A stretch of 47,141 bases of DNA. Source: an uncultured Desulfobacteraceae bacterium (GTDB taxonomy: Bacteria; Desulfobacterota; Desulfobacteria; Desulfobacterales; UBA5852). Below the pieces are notes generated by a model. The model did not search any database. It was not told where the DNA came from and was given only the letters and a program-made list of their open reading frames with translations. The DNA is taken from the NCBI GenBank assembly GCA_964392545.1, contig CAYMQN010000001.1, forward strand, positions 16,171-63,311, in the 5' to 3' direction. Position numbers and translations under genes: made by a program. Shown one piece after another: positions 8,975 to 17,577 of this stretch. Position 1 is the stretch's first letter, and every line of letters begins with the position of its first letter.

Positions 8975-9637
8975 TCAGCCGGTGGCGGATGCTTTGGGCC
9001 GCAGCCGCATCAGGAGCAGATGGACACGGGTGGTACCGCTGCGCAGGGTGTTGCGGGTGACCTCGATATGAAAATCCGCCGTCATCGAATCCAGAAAGGT
9101 GCGGTTGGACTGGCGCACTTCACTTGCCAGAAGGATTTCCCCCCCCGGCTTGAGCAGTGATTTGAAGAGGCCGCTGAGGGCTGGGAAATGATTTTCGTTA
9201 TAAATGAGTTCCGATCCGATGATGCGGTCGAAACGCTCCGTCATGTCCGGGCGCTCCCAGTCCAGGCGGTGCACGGCAACCGGCCGGCACCCGTTGATGT
9301 GGAGGTTGGCATGAATGAAATCGAGCGCATGGGGATCATGTTCGGTAATGGTGATGCGATGCTGGAATGCCGCGGCGACGACACCCACCACGCCGGCACC
9401 GGCCCCCAGTTCGAGCCAGTGGATATCCTTATCCGGTGGGACGGCGGCCACACGGTGCGCCAATAGCAGGGAAGCTTCCCAGATTTTGGTCCACAGGGGA
9501 AACTCGCGGAACAGGTCCGTTTCGTCCAGAAAGGGTTCCAGACGCTGAGGGACCAGGAAGCGAAAAGGGCGTTCCGCGATCACCAAATCGCGTTCCTCGG
9601 TTTGGTATTGCTGGTGAAATTGCTGAATGGAAAACAT
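8975..9637 (-). CDS. Class I SAM-dependent methyltransferase (protein-lysine methyltransferase-like)
   Basis: Start chosen at MFSIQQF (ATG 9637) after GAGGAGG. WLELGAGAGVVGVVAA is SAM motif I; IIGSELIY. Confidence 0.7.
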   Translation of the reverse strand: MFSIQQFHQQYQTEERDLVIAERPFRFLVPQRLEPFLDETDLFREFPLWTKIWEASLLLAHRVAAVPPDKDIHWLELGAGAGVVGVVAAAFQHRITITEHDPHALDFIHANLHINGCRPVAVHRLDWERPDMTERFDRIIGSELIYNENHFPALSGLFKSLLKPGGEILLASEVRQSNRTFLDSMTADFHIEVTRNTLRSGTTRVHLLLMRLRPKASATG

Positions 9638-9905
9638 TTTGACCGGCCTCCTCGATGCGGGGGGTTTGGATCCCGAGAAAAACCTACCCATATCATCATC
9701 GGTGCTGTTTATCCACGGTCTGCCCGAGCCCTTTACCAAAGCACTCTAAAAAGCGGCTTGCACCGGGAAAGCGATTCCGTTATCCTGCCGGTGGCATCCC
9801 ATGCAGGGGCAGTGGCTGGGGGCCCGACCCCTGCAACGGGACCGATTCTCAACCCCGACAAGTTGCGTCTTGCGACGGGCTTGTTAACCCCGAGGGAGGT
9901 TAGCC

Positions 9906-10589
9906 ATGACGATTCAAGTGACTTGGTTGAGCCATGCCTGCCTGGCCATCGACACCGGCGACGCCAAGCTTGTGGTGGATCCGTTCCTCACGGGCAATCC
10001 CCTGGCGCCGGTGACCGCGGAGGACATCCAGGCGGACTACCTTCTGGTGTCCCACGGCCACGGCGATCATGTGGGCGACACGGTGGCGATTGCCCGTCGC
10101 ACGGGGGCCATGGTCATTTCGAATTTCGAAATTCACAACTGGCTGACGGCCCAGGGGGTGGAAAAGGCCCACCCTCAGCACATCGGCGGCGGTTTCGACT
10201 ATCCCTGGGGGCGGGTCAAGCTGACCATCGCCCACCATGGTTCCGCCCTGCCGGACGGATCCTACGGCGGCAATCCCTGCGGTTTCCTTTTTTACATCCA
10301 GGGCAAGAAAATTTACCATGCCTGCGATACCGGATTGTTCTACGATATGAAGCTGATCGGCGAGGAGGGCATCGACCTGGCGGTTCTGCCCATCGGCGAC
10401 AATTTCACCATGGGGCCGGAGGATGGTCTGCGGGCGGTTAAACTGATTGCCCCCAAACAGGTCCTGCCGATTCACTACGACACCTTCGATGTCATTCAAC
10501 AGGACCCCACGGCCTGGAAAAGCCGGGTGGAACAGGAGACCGAAGCCCGGGTCGCAGTGCTCAAACCGGGCCAATCGCTCGCCCTTTAA
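9906..10589 (+). CDS. UPF0173-type metal-dependent hydrolase (metallo-beta-lactamase fold)
   Basis: 227 aa. MTIQVTWLSHACLAIDTGDAKLVVDPFLTGNP...YLLVSHGHGDHVGD. Confidence 0.8.
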   Translation: MTIQVTWLSHACLAIDTGDAKLVVDPFLTGNPLAPVTAEDIQADYLLVSHGHGDHVGDTVAIARRTGAMVISNFEIHNWLTAQGVEKAHPQHIGGGFDYPWGRVKLTIAHHGSALPDGSYGGNPCGFLFYIQGKKIYHACDTGLFYDMKLIGEEGIDLAVLPIGDNFTMGPEDGLRAVKLIAPKQVLPIHYDTFDVIQQDPTAWKSRVEQETEARVAVLKPGQSLAL

Positions 10590-10611
10590 TCATCCGGGAT
10601 GCGCTTCAATT

Positions 10612-11616
10612 ATGAGCCAGCACCATGCCCTTACAGCGGCGGTTACCGGCATCCACGGGTGGGTGCCGGAGGATGTTCTCACCAATCAGGATCTGTCCAC
10701 CCTGGTGGACACCAGCGACGAGTGGATCACGACGCGTACGGGCATCAAGGAGCGGCGCGTATTGAAAGGGGACGACCAGGGGACCTCGGTGATCGGCGCC
10801 GCCGCCGTCAACGGCCTGTTGGAGAAAACCGGCACCGATCCCTGCGAGATCGACCTTCTGATCTGCGCAACCACCACGCCCGACATGCTCTTTCCGGCCA
10901 CCGGAAATCTTATCGCCCACGCCGTGGGGGCCGCCAACGCCTTCAGCTTCGACCTGCAGGCCGGTTGCTCGGGGTTTCTCTTCGGTCTCAGCACGGGATC
11001 GCAATTCATCCAAACCGGACGCTGCCGCAAGGTCGTGGTCGTGGGCGCCGACAAAATGTCTTCCATCATCGATTACACGGACCGCGCCACCTGCATCATA
11101 TTCGGCGACGGCGGGGGCGCCGTGCTGCTGGAGCCCTCCCGCGACGGTCTGGGCATTCTGGATGCCCTCTTGAAATCCGACGGATCCGGTGAACCCTACC
11201 TGCACATGAAAGCCGGGGGCAGTCGGCGGCCGGCCAGCTTGGAAACGGTGCAAGGCCGCCAGCACTACGTCTACCAGGAAGGCGCCACGGTCTTTAAATT
11301 CGCCGTCAAAAACATGGCGGATGTGGCCGTGCGCATCATGGAGCGCAACCATTTGCGATCCGAGGATATCGCCTTTTTGGTACCGCATCAGGCCAACCGC
11401 CGCATCATCGACGCTACGGCCGAGAAAATGGGGATCGGGCCGGATCGGGTCATGCTCAATATCCACCGCTACGGCAACACCACCAGTGGAACGATTCCCC
11501 TGTGTCTTTTCGATTACGAGCATCGGCTGAAGCGAGGCGACAATCTCATCCTGGCCGCTTTCGGGGCGGGATTCACATGGGGGGCGGTCTATCTAAAATG
11601 GGCCAATGACGGATAA
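10612..11616 (+). CDS. fabH: 3-oxoacyl-ACP synthase III
   Basis: Start at MSQHHALTAAVTGIHGWVPE (ATG 10612). Active-site context FDLQAGCSGFLFGL, VPHQANRRII, YGNTTSGTIPL. Confidence 0.9.
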   Translation: MSQHHALTAAVTGIHGWVPEDVLTNQDLSTLVDTSDEWITTRTGIKERRVLKGDDQGTSVIGAAAVNGLLEKTGTDPCEIDLLICATTTPDMLFPATGNLIAHAVGAANAFSFDLQAGCSGFLFGLSTGSQFIQTGRCRKVVVVGADKMSSIIDYTDRATCIIFGDGGGAVLLEPSRDGLGILDALLKSDGSGEPYLHMKAGGSRRPASLETVQGRQHYVYQEGATVFKFAVKNMADVAVRIMERNHLRSEDIAFLVPHQANRRIIDATAEKMGIGPDRVMLNIHRYGNTTSGTIPLCLFDYEHRLKRGDNLILAAFGAGFTWGAVYLKWANDG

Positions 11617-11754
11617 GGGGTGGGCTTTCGGGGCCATGGCGCGCCTGGACGGTTCGTTCCGCCCCGGGCGCGTGTCGTTCCCGAACGGTGTCTGCCGCGA
11701 ATCGGCGAAACATTGACCGGTTGCCGCCGTCCGGGACAGGCGGGATCGCGGCCG

Positions 11755-12066
11755 CTAATCGTAGCGTATCGACGTAAAGGCTTTTTTTTCTATCTTCAGC
11801 ACTTCGAGGTCGGCGCCGAAGGTTACGACAACCCGGTCGCCGGCCCCGATTTCACGGAGGCGCGCGGGCGTTAGCCCGTAGAGCGCGATAACCGACCCGC
11901 TGTCCTGATAGATCAGCATATCCCTGGTGGCGTAACTGACGGACAGAACGACCCCGCTGACGGAGCGGGCGCCGTCCGCCCCCTGTCCGCGCCCATCATC
12001 CGCGACCGCCGGCCCGAAGATCGTCAGGATAGCGGCCAGGCACCCCATTACGATCGTTCTTTTCAT
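11755..12066 (-). CDS. Small secreted protein (signal peptide plus beta-rich domain), unknown function
   Basis: ATG at 12066 after GGGAGGGGGG. MKRTIVMGCLAAILTIFGPAVA looks like a signal peptide; 103 aa. The 5' 71 nt overlap the REC ORF in another frame. Confidence 0.55.
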   Translation of the reverse strand: MKRTIVMGCLAAILTIFGPAVADDGRGQGADGARSVSGVVLSVSYATRDMLIYQDSGSVIALYGLTPARLREIGAGDRVVVTFGADLEVLKIEKKAFTSIRYD

Positions 12067-12556
12067 ATCCCCCCTCCCGCTGAAAATGGGCCAAGCTAAG
12101 AGATGCGATGTCGTTTTGGGCCCGGGTTGTCGAAGGCGGACCGATGGTGGCGTCGTTGGATGACGCAATCCGATCCGGCCCTACTTGACAGAACGCCCGG
12201 GCCATCACCTCGTTCACGCCGCACAGCAATTCACTGCGGGTGAAGGGCTTGTTCAAAAGACCGGCCCCGTGCCTTTCGATTTCCACATTCAGCGCATGTT
12301 GGTACGGCCCCGGATTTCCCGTCATGTATAGTGTGGGGATGGCAGGCTGGATCCGCCGGATCGCCGTCATCATTGAAAGCCCGTCCTGCCAGGGCATTTC
12401 AATATCGGTAAGGATCATGTCCGGCCGGCACGCGCTGAACGTGGCGCAACCTTCCCGACCATCGGGGGCCGTAAAGACCGTATGCCGCTCCTGCATCAGG
12501 ATGGCCTCGACGACGGAAAGGATAATACGGGTATCGTCAACCACCAAAATCTTCAT
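11996..12556 (-). CDS. Single-domain response regulator (REC) with a low-complexity C-terminal tail
   Basis: MKILVVDDTRIIL...PDMILTDIEMPWQDGL...NKPF is a typical receiver domain. RBS AAGGAG. The tail after about aa 125 has no recognisable domain. Confidence 0.8.
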   Translation of the reverse strand: MKILVVDDTRIILSVVEAILMQERHTVFTAPDGREGCATFSACRPDMILTDIEMPWQDGLSMMTAIRRIQPAIPTLYMTGNPGPYQHALNVEIERHGAGLLNKPFTRSELLCGVNEVMARAFCQVGPDRIASSNDATIGPPSTTRAQNDIASLSLAHFQREGGYEKNDRNGVPGRYPDDLRAGGRG

Positions 12557-12612
12557 GTCCTAAACTCCTTCCATGATAACGCCTTTGCGACCGTCCGCTG
12601 CAACAGGATTAA

Positions 12613-12627
12613 GCAAAAGGGATGCCA
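12613..12627 (-). promoter_or_regulatory. Sigma-54 promoter (TGGCAT-N5-TTGC) for the REC / small secreted protein operon
   Basis: Minus strand reads TGGCATCCCTTTTGC(T), with canonical -24 GG / -12 GC spacing, about 57 nt upstream of the ATG at 12556. Confidence 0.6.
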
Positions 12628-13085
12628 CCCAACACAACTCTTTGATATTACACAGTTTGCTAAAAGCAACGCGCCTTCTTAAGCGCATTTTGGATGGAGA
12701 AATCCTACAGTAAGGCCGGGGCAGCGGCGCCCAAAAAGGATGTAACTATAAGATATTTCATTGAAATCGGGCGCATGAAGGCTTTTTCAGCCAATCCATG
12801 TGCATAAAAATGGACGATTTTGGGTCCTCGCGACGAGGGGTGCCCGCATGCGCATCGACGCGAGGCTGGCTTGCGGCTTCCGATGGCCCAAAGGGCTTAT
12901 TTCCAGCCCGGTTGCCTTGTCTTCGGCCGGCTGTTGACCGCGGCCGGCATCTTCCGCCCGGTTGCTTTGCGCGCCTTTGCGAGGGGACGGCGTGTAGGAA
13001 ATGCCCTACATCTCAACGACTTTTGGAAAGCAGGCACATATAAAAATATAACGTTGTTTTCAGATAGTTATAAAGATGGCTGTTT

Positions 13086-13100
13086 TGGCACCACCTTTGC
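13086..13100 (+). promoter_or_regulatory. Sigma-54 promoter (TGGCAC-N5-TTGC) for the 13242..13535 gene
   Basis: TGGCACCACCTTTGC(T) matches the consensus exactly. It is preceded by an AT-rich tract (ATATAAAAATATAACGTTGTTTTCAGATAGTTATAAAG) that could be an IHF bending site. Confidence 0.7.
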
Positions 13101-13241
13101 TCTGGGGGAATATGCCGGCCGATGCGAACCGCGGCCATAACGGTTATGCGGCCGGCGTCTCAAAACGCCCCAGGCGATTCGTTGGATCGGCCATCGAATG
13201 CCTGCGGGCCGTCAACAGAGAAGTCAAAAGGAGGTTTAGCG

Positions 13242-13535
13242 ATGAAACGAAGCGTAATGATGATCGGCGTGATGATTCTGGCCCTCTGCCTGGCCGGCAC
13301 CGGCTGGGCGTCCAGTGCGCCGGACCCGGAGCAGGTCCAGATCACGGGTACCGTCCTGCAAGGCGGGCTTCTGGTCGACGACCAGGGCCAGGAGTATCAG
13401 ATGACCAAAGCGGAGGGTGCCATGGATCTCGAAGGCCATGTCGGCCAGAAGATCGAAGTCAAAGGCACTTTGATGGAGAACAGCGCGGGCCAGAAGGTCA
13501 TCACCATCGACGACTACAAGGTGGTCGGCGAATAG
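13242..13535 (+). CDS. Small secreted protein (signal peptide plus beta-rich domain), unknown function
   Basis: ATG at 13242 after AAAGGAGG. MKRSVMMIGVMILALCLAGTGWASS looks like a signal peptide; 97 aa. Pattern ITGTVL..LLVDDQGQEY...HVGQKIEVKG...ITIDDYKV. Confidence 0.65.
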   Translation: MKRSVMMIGVMILALCLAGTGWASSAPDPEQVQITGTVLQGGLLVDDQGQEYQMTKAEGAMDLEGHVGQKIEVKGTLMENSAGQKVITIDDYKVVGE

Positions 13536-13575
13536 CGCGATGATATCGGCCATGAGGGAATGAAAAGCCCCCAAC

Positions 13576-13612
13576 CCATGACGCCGAGGGCGGGCTGTCC
13601 CCGGCGTCATGG
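13576..13612. terminator. Hairpin between convergent genes (putative bidirectional terminator)
   Basis: CCATGACGCCG ... CGGCGTCATGG gives an 11-bp stem with a 15-nt loop. It lies between the stop at 13535 (+) and the stop at 13657 (-). No strong U-tract. Confidence 0.45.
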
Positions 13613-13656
13613 CCTTCCCCCACCCTTGCGCTGCTTGTCCTGCGCCGGCCGCGGCG

Positions 13657-15021
13657 CTAAATCTCGGCCCGGTAGTCGGTTGGATTCAGCGCATATTTTT
13701 TCAATAGGGCATAAAGATCGGCCCGGTACTTGCCCGCCAGCTTGGCGGCTTGGCTGATGTTACCGCCGGTCAATTCCAGCAGTTGGACCAGGTAGCGCCG
13801 TTCGAAGCTTTCCTTGGCCTCTTTGAAGGGCTGCAGGTCTTCATCGAGACGGGTCTGACGCGGATTCCGCAATATGACCTCTGCTTCGATCCGGGAGCGG
13901 TCCGACATGGCCACGGCGCATTCGATCGTGTTTTCGAGTTCACGCACGTTGCCGGGCCAGTCGTAGGCCATCATTTTTTTCAACGCGGCCGGGCTGAACC
14001 CGCGGATGGGCTTGTCCATTTCACGCGTATATTTGTCGAGAAAATGATTGGCCAGCAAAGCGATGTCCTCCTTGCGCGCCTTGAGGGACGGAAGCTTGAT
14101 GGGAATGACGTGGATTCGGTAGAAAAGATCTTCCCGGAAGGCGCCCTTCTTGATTTCCTCCTCCAGGGCTTTGTTCGAGGCGGCGATCACCCGTATGTCC
14201 ACCGCCACCGTATCGCTGCTGCCCACCGGAAAAAAGGAGCGTTCCTCAAGGGCCCGTAAGAGTTTGACCTGCATGGACGCCGACATTTCCGAGATTTCAT
14301 CCAAAAAGAAGGACCCCCCGTCGGCTTCGCTGAGCAGCCCCTTTTTGGAGCGGTCGGCCCCGGTGAAAGCGCCCTTCCGGAAGCCGAAAAGTTCGCTTTC
14401 CAGCAGGGTTTCCGGTATCGCGGCACAGTTGATGGCCACGAAAGGGCCTTCCCGGCGGGCGCTGGCCAGGTGGAGGGTCTTGGCGACAAGCTCCTTGCCC
14501 GTCCCGCTGGCACCCTCGATGTAGACGCTGGAATCCGACAGGGCCGCCTGGGAGACCTGGTCGAGGACCTGCTGGATCGCCCCGCTTTTGCCGATGATGT
14601 TGTCGAATCCATAGCGTTGCCGAACGAGGTGCCGCAGCCGCTTCACTTCGCTGGACAAGCGCCCCTGGGCGAGGGCCTTGTCGACCTGGGCCAACAGGGC
14701 ATGGCCGTCGAAGGGTTTGGTCATATACGTGTAGGCGCCGCGTTTCATGGCGGCTACGGCGGTGTCGACCGCCCCGTAGGCGGTCAGAATGATCACGGGC
14801 AGCCCGGGGATCGCTTCCTGCAGCGCTTCCATCAATTGGATGCCGTCTTCGTTTTTCAGCCTGAGGTCGAGCAGGGCCAAATCCACGGCGTTCGTCCCGG
14901 AAAGCTCCAGAGCTTGGGCCGCATCGGAGGCCGTGCTCACCTGGTGGCCGCCGCTGACCAGACGCATGCGCAGCACCTGCAGAATGTTGTAATCGTCGTC
15001 CACCACAAGGATATGGGCCAT
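13657..15021 (-). CDS. Sigma-54-dependent response regulator (NtrC/GlrR/ZraR class: REC, AAA+, Fis-type HTH)
   Basis: 454 aa. MAHILVVDDD...LDLRL (REC), GASGTGKE (Walker A), GAFTGA loop (RKGAFTGA), C-terminal NISQAAKLAGKYRADLYALLKK HTH. Confidence 0.9.
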   Translation of the reverse strand: MAHILVVDDDYNILQVLRMRLVSGGHQVSTASDAAQALELSGTNAVDLALLDLRLKNEDGIQLMEALQEAIPGLPVIILTAYGAVDTAVAAMKRGAYTYMTKPFDGHALLAQVDKALAQGRLSSEVKRLRHLVRQRYGFDNIIGKSGAIQQVLDQVSQAALSDSSVYIEGASGTGKELVAKTLHLASARREGPFVAINCAAIPETLLESELFGFRKGAFTGADRSKKGLLSEADGGSFFLDEISEMSASMQVKLLRALEERSFFPVGSSDTVAVDIRVIAASNKALEEEIKKGAFREDLFYRIHVIPIKLPSLKARKEDIALLANHFLDKYTREMDKPIRGFSPAALKKMMAYDWPGNVRELENTIECAVAMSDRSRIEAEVILRNPRQTRLDEDLQPFKEAKESFERRYLVQLLELTGGNISQAAKLAGKYRADLYALLKKYALNPTDYRAEI

Positions 15022-15071
15022 GATTCACCTCTTGCGCGTCTTGGCTGAAACCGCGCCAAATCCGTAAACCA

Positions 15072-15611
15072 TTATTCCACCGTCAGATCGACGGCCTTCA
15101 TTTGCTGCAGGCGCTCTTCAAGCTTCAGACGCTGCTGTTTTTCGCTGTCGAGCCGCTCTTCCAGAATTTGGTTTTGGGTTTGCAGCGCCTGAACGGTGCG
15201 TTTGCTTTCCTCCAGGTTCGCAACGAAGGCCAGCCATGTCCGGGCGTCCACCACCAGGGGGGAATCGGGGTAGTCGGCCACAAGGCGGCGAAAGGCTTCA
15301 GCCCCGTCTTGCGTATCGTCCCGGGGGTTGTCCGGATGAACGCCTACCATGCCCAGGAGAAGCAGGGCCCGATCATCCGCCTGGCCGGGAAACCGCTGCA
15401 GGATGAGCTTGGCTTGCCGCTGGGCCCCGGCATAGTCCCCCTGGGCCAGAAGGCATTCGCCGAAGGCCAGATGTCGGGTGGGGGAGGGACGGTCCGCCTG
15501 CCAGGGGGGGGTGAGGCCGGCGGTGCAGCTCCACAAGCAAAGGCCGGCCATCAAGCAACCGGCAAGGTGAATGCAAAGACGCTTCCCTTTCCGGGATGGC
15601 TCGTTGCCCAT
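15072..15611 (-). CDS. Putative lipoprotein with a TPR-like region and a C-terminal coiled coil
   Basis: 179 aa. Basic n-region followed by LAGC / LWSC lipobox-like cysteines, then LAQGDYAGAQRQAKL (TPR-like) and a heptad-rich tail LEERLDSEKQQRLKLEERLQQMK. It sits between the kinase and regulator genes. The start is uncertain; an alternative ATG at 15551 overlaps the kinase stop. Confidence 0.6.
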   Translation of the reverse strand: MGNEPSRKGKRLCIHLAGCLMAGLCLWSCTAGLTPPWQADRPSPTRHLAFGECLLAQGDYAGAQRQAKLILQRFPGQADDRALLLLGMVGVHPDNPRDDTQDGAEAFRRLVADYPDSPLVVDARTWLAFVANLEESKRTVQALQTQNQILEERLDSEKQQRLKLEERLQQMKAVDLTVE

Positions 15612-17005
15612 ATGCTTCCTCCGTGCGCCATGACAATATGCTTGGCAATCGAAAGACCGAGGCCGGTACCGCGTTCCGTGTCCTGCCCGCGATCGATGCG
15701 GTGGAATTTGTCGAAGATGGTTTCGAGTTGGTTCTGGGGAATGCCACAGCCGGTGTCATGGATTTCCACCCGAAGGATGTCCTCCGAGGCGGCTTCCGAC
15801 GGCACCGCGACCCAGACATGGCCGCCGGGCTCGGTGTATTTGAGGGCGTTGCCCAGCAGGTTGTCCAGCAACTGGCGCAGCCGCGCGGGGTCCCCGTTCA
15901 CCGCGGGCAGGGTGCCGCAGGGTTTGAGTTCCAGGCGGATCGTTTTGGCATCCGCGATGGGCGCCAGGTTCAGGATGGCGTCGCGCACCAGGGCCCCCAG
16001 ATCGACGGGCTGGAAGGTATACGCCATCATCTGGGCTTCCATGCGGGAGAGATCGAGCATGCGGTTGACGGACTGGATCAGCCGCTCGCATTCGCTTCTG
16101 ACAATCGTCAGCAGTTGACCCTGGTGTTGGGCCCGCTGGTTGAAGCATCCTTCCTGCAGCATGCTGGAAGCTTCGCGGATTGCCGTGAGCGGCGTGCGCA
16201 ATTCGTGGGAGACGTGATAGATGAAATCCTCTTTCATTGCATTGAGCTCTTCCAGGCGGACGCACATCTGGTTGAAATCGCGGGTCAGCGCGGCGATTTC
16301 AGGAAGCGACTCCTCGGGGGGCAGTCTGCCGAAGCGGCTGCTGGCCACCTCCTGGGTCTTGTGCTGCAGGCGATGAATGGAGCGCCGTATCTGGCGGGCG
16401 CTGTAGAAGGAAATCAGCAAGCCCATGACCCCACCGATGCCGATGGTCACAATGCCGGTGCGGATGACGTCGACGCTGATCCGGCTGGATTCGAGGATTT
16501 TCCGGTCGCGGGCCTTCCGGGCCTGCCCCATGATGGTTTGCAGGGCGAGGCGGATGTTGTCGACCAGCTCGGCCTTGCGCTCGTGATCGATATCCGCACG
16601 GCCGCCGCCGCCCTTTTCCATGCGGTCCCGTTCCTGGTCGACCAGCGCAAAGTAGGTGGTGCTGTGGGTCCCGATGGCGTGCAAAAGGACTTGGGGTTCG
16701 CTGGTCTCGATATGACGGCCCATGGTCCGGTGGGTTTCCAGGAACTCAGCGCGAAGCGCTTGAAACCGTTGAAAGAAAGCCCTGTCGCCGGTGATGAGGT
16801 GTTTTTTTTCAAAGCGGGTCAAGGACACGGTCAAGCTGTCAAGCGTTTCGGCCAGGCGCACGGTTTCCCCATCCTGCATGACCACGGCCCAGGTTAATCG
16901 GTTCAGCCGGTTGAGTTGAGCGGCGACATAGATGCCGAGTCCCATCAGGAGGATCAGGAAGGCACCGTAGCCCAGCATGAGTCGTTGGAAAATGGTCAAT
17001 CGCAT
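15551..17005 (-). CDS. Sensor histidine kinase (2 TM helices, periplasmic helical sensor, HAMP, HisKA, HATPase_c)
   Basis: 484 aa. TM1 GAFLILLMGLGIYVAA, TM2 IVTIGIGGVMGLLISF, H-box YHVSHELRTPLTAI, N/G boxes LLGNALKY and DTGCGIP...GTGLGLSI. Confidence 0.9.
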   Translation of the reverse strand: MRLTIFQRLMLGYGAFLILLMGLGIYVAAQLNRLNRLTWAVVMQDGETVRLAETLDSLTVSLTRFEKKHLITGDRAFFQRFQALRAEFLETHRTMGRHIETSEPQVLLHAIGTHSTTYFALVDQERDRMEKGGGGRADIDHERKAELVDNIRLALQTIMGQARKARDRKILESSRISVDVIRTGIVTIGIGGVMGLLISFYSARQIRRSIHRLQHKTQEVASSRFGRLPPEESLPEIAALTRDFNQMCVRLEELNAMKEDFIYHVSHELRTPLTAIREASSMLQEGCFNQRAQHQGQLLTIVRSECERLIQSVNRMLDLSRMEAQMMAYTFQPVDLGALVRDAILNLAPIADAKTIRLELKPCGTLPAVNGDPARLRQLLDNLLGNALKYTEPGGHVWVAVPSEAASEDILRVEIHDTGCGIPQNQLETIFDKFHRIDRGQDTERGTGLGLSIAKHIVMAHGGSIWATSHPGKGSVFAFTLPVA

Positions 17006-17158
17006 GGCATCTGGAAGAATCCTGCAAAGAGCGGGCCATCCCGCCCTTGCCTGCGGAAAGCCCTATCCATAAGGGATTGCAGTGAAAATCCCCATGGCTC
17101 GAGGATGGAGGCGTCTACAATTGCATACGGCAGCGTGATCTATTCCCCGGGCGGGATG

Positions 17159-17566
17159 TCAAAGCTTGGTTCCATCGAAATCGATGCCGACATCGGGGAT
17201 GGGGCGCAGGTTTTTCTCGCGGTCCAGGCAGACCAGATGGATCTCGGCCTTGACGGCGGGGCGAACCGCTCCGGGCCGCCAGGCCTCCTGGTGCCAGACC
17301 AGGCGGTAGTCGCTGTCCTTGCGGACGGTGGAAACGATCTCCAGGGTGTCGCCGAACTCGGCCCCATCCAGGTAATTGAGGCCGGCCTTGTACACGGCGA
17401 ATCCCAGGCGCTTTTCTTTCCAGAGGGCCACCAGGGCCGCGGGCCCGATCACGCTCTCGCGGGCCCGTTCGAAATACTTGAGATAGTTGGCGTGGTAGAC
17501 CACGCCGGAGTGGTCCGTGTCCTCGTAGTAGACTTGGACCTTGAAGCGATGCGTCCGTTGGCCCAT
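17159..17566 (-). CDS. YbgC/4-hydroxybenzoyl-CoA-thioesterase-family acyl-CoA thioesterase
   Basis: Start at MGQRTHRFKVQVYYEDTDHSGVVYHANYLKYFE (ATG 17566). This is the canonical 4HBT N-terminal motif. Confidence 0.8.
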   Translation of the reverse strand: MGQRTHRFKVQVYYEDTDHSGVVYHANYLKYFERARESVIGPAALVALWKEKRLGFAVYKAGLNYLDGAEFGDTLEIVSTVRKDSDYRLVWHQEAWRPGAVRPAVKAEIHLVCLDREKNLRPIPDVGIDFDGTKL

Positions 17567-17577
17567 AAAAACCGTCC

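Noticed and set aside
10447-10611. N-terminal extension of the fabH ORF overlapping the end of the UPF0173 hydrolase gene.
   Set aside because: The FabH homology begins at MSQHHALTAAVTG (ATG 10612). The extension is out-of-frame read-through of the preceding gene.
12798-13140. Small plus-strand ORFs (81 and 106 aa) inside the 12557..13241 intergenic region.
   Set aside because: They have no RBS and an Arg/Cys/Pro-rich composition. They also span the predicted sigma-54 promoter, so the region is better explained as regulatory DNA.
17023-17038. Sigma-54-like match TGGCCC-N5-TTGCA on the minus strand upstream of the histidine kinase gene.
   Set aside because: The -12 element lies only about 18 nt from the ATG at 17005. 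That leaves no room for a leader with an RBS, so it is probably a chance match in GC-rich DNA.
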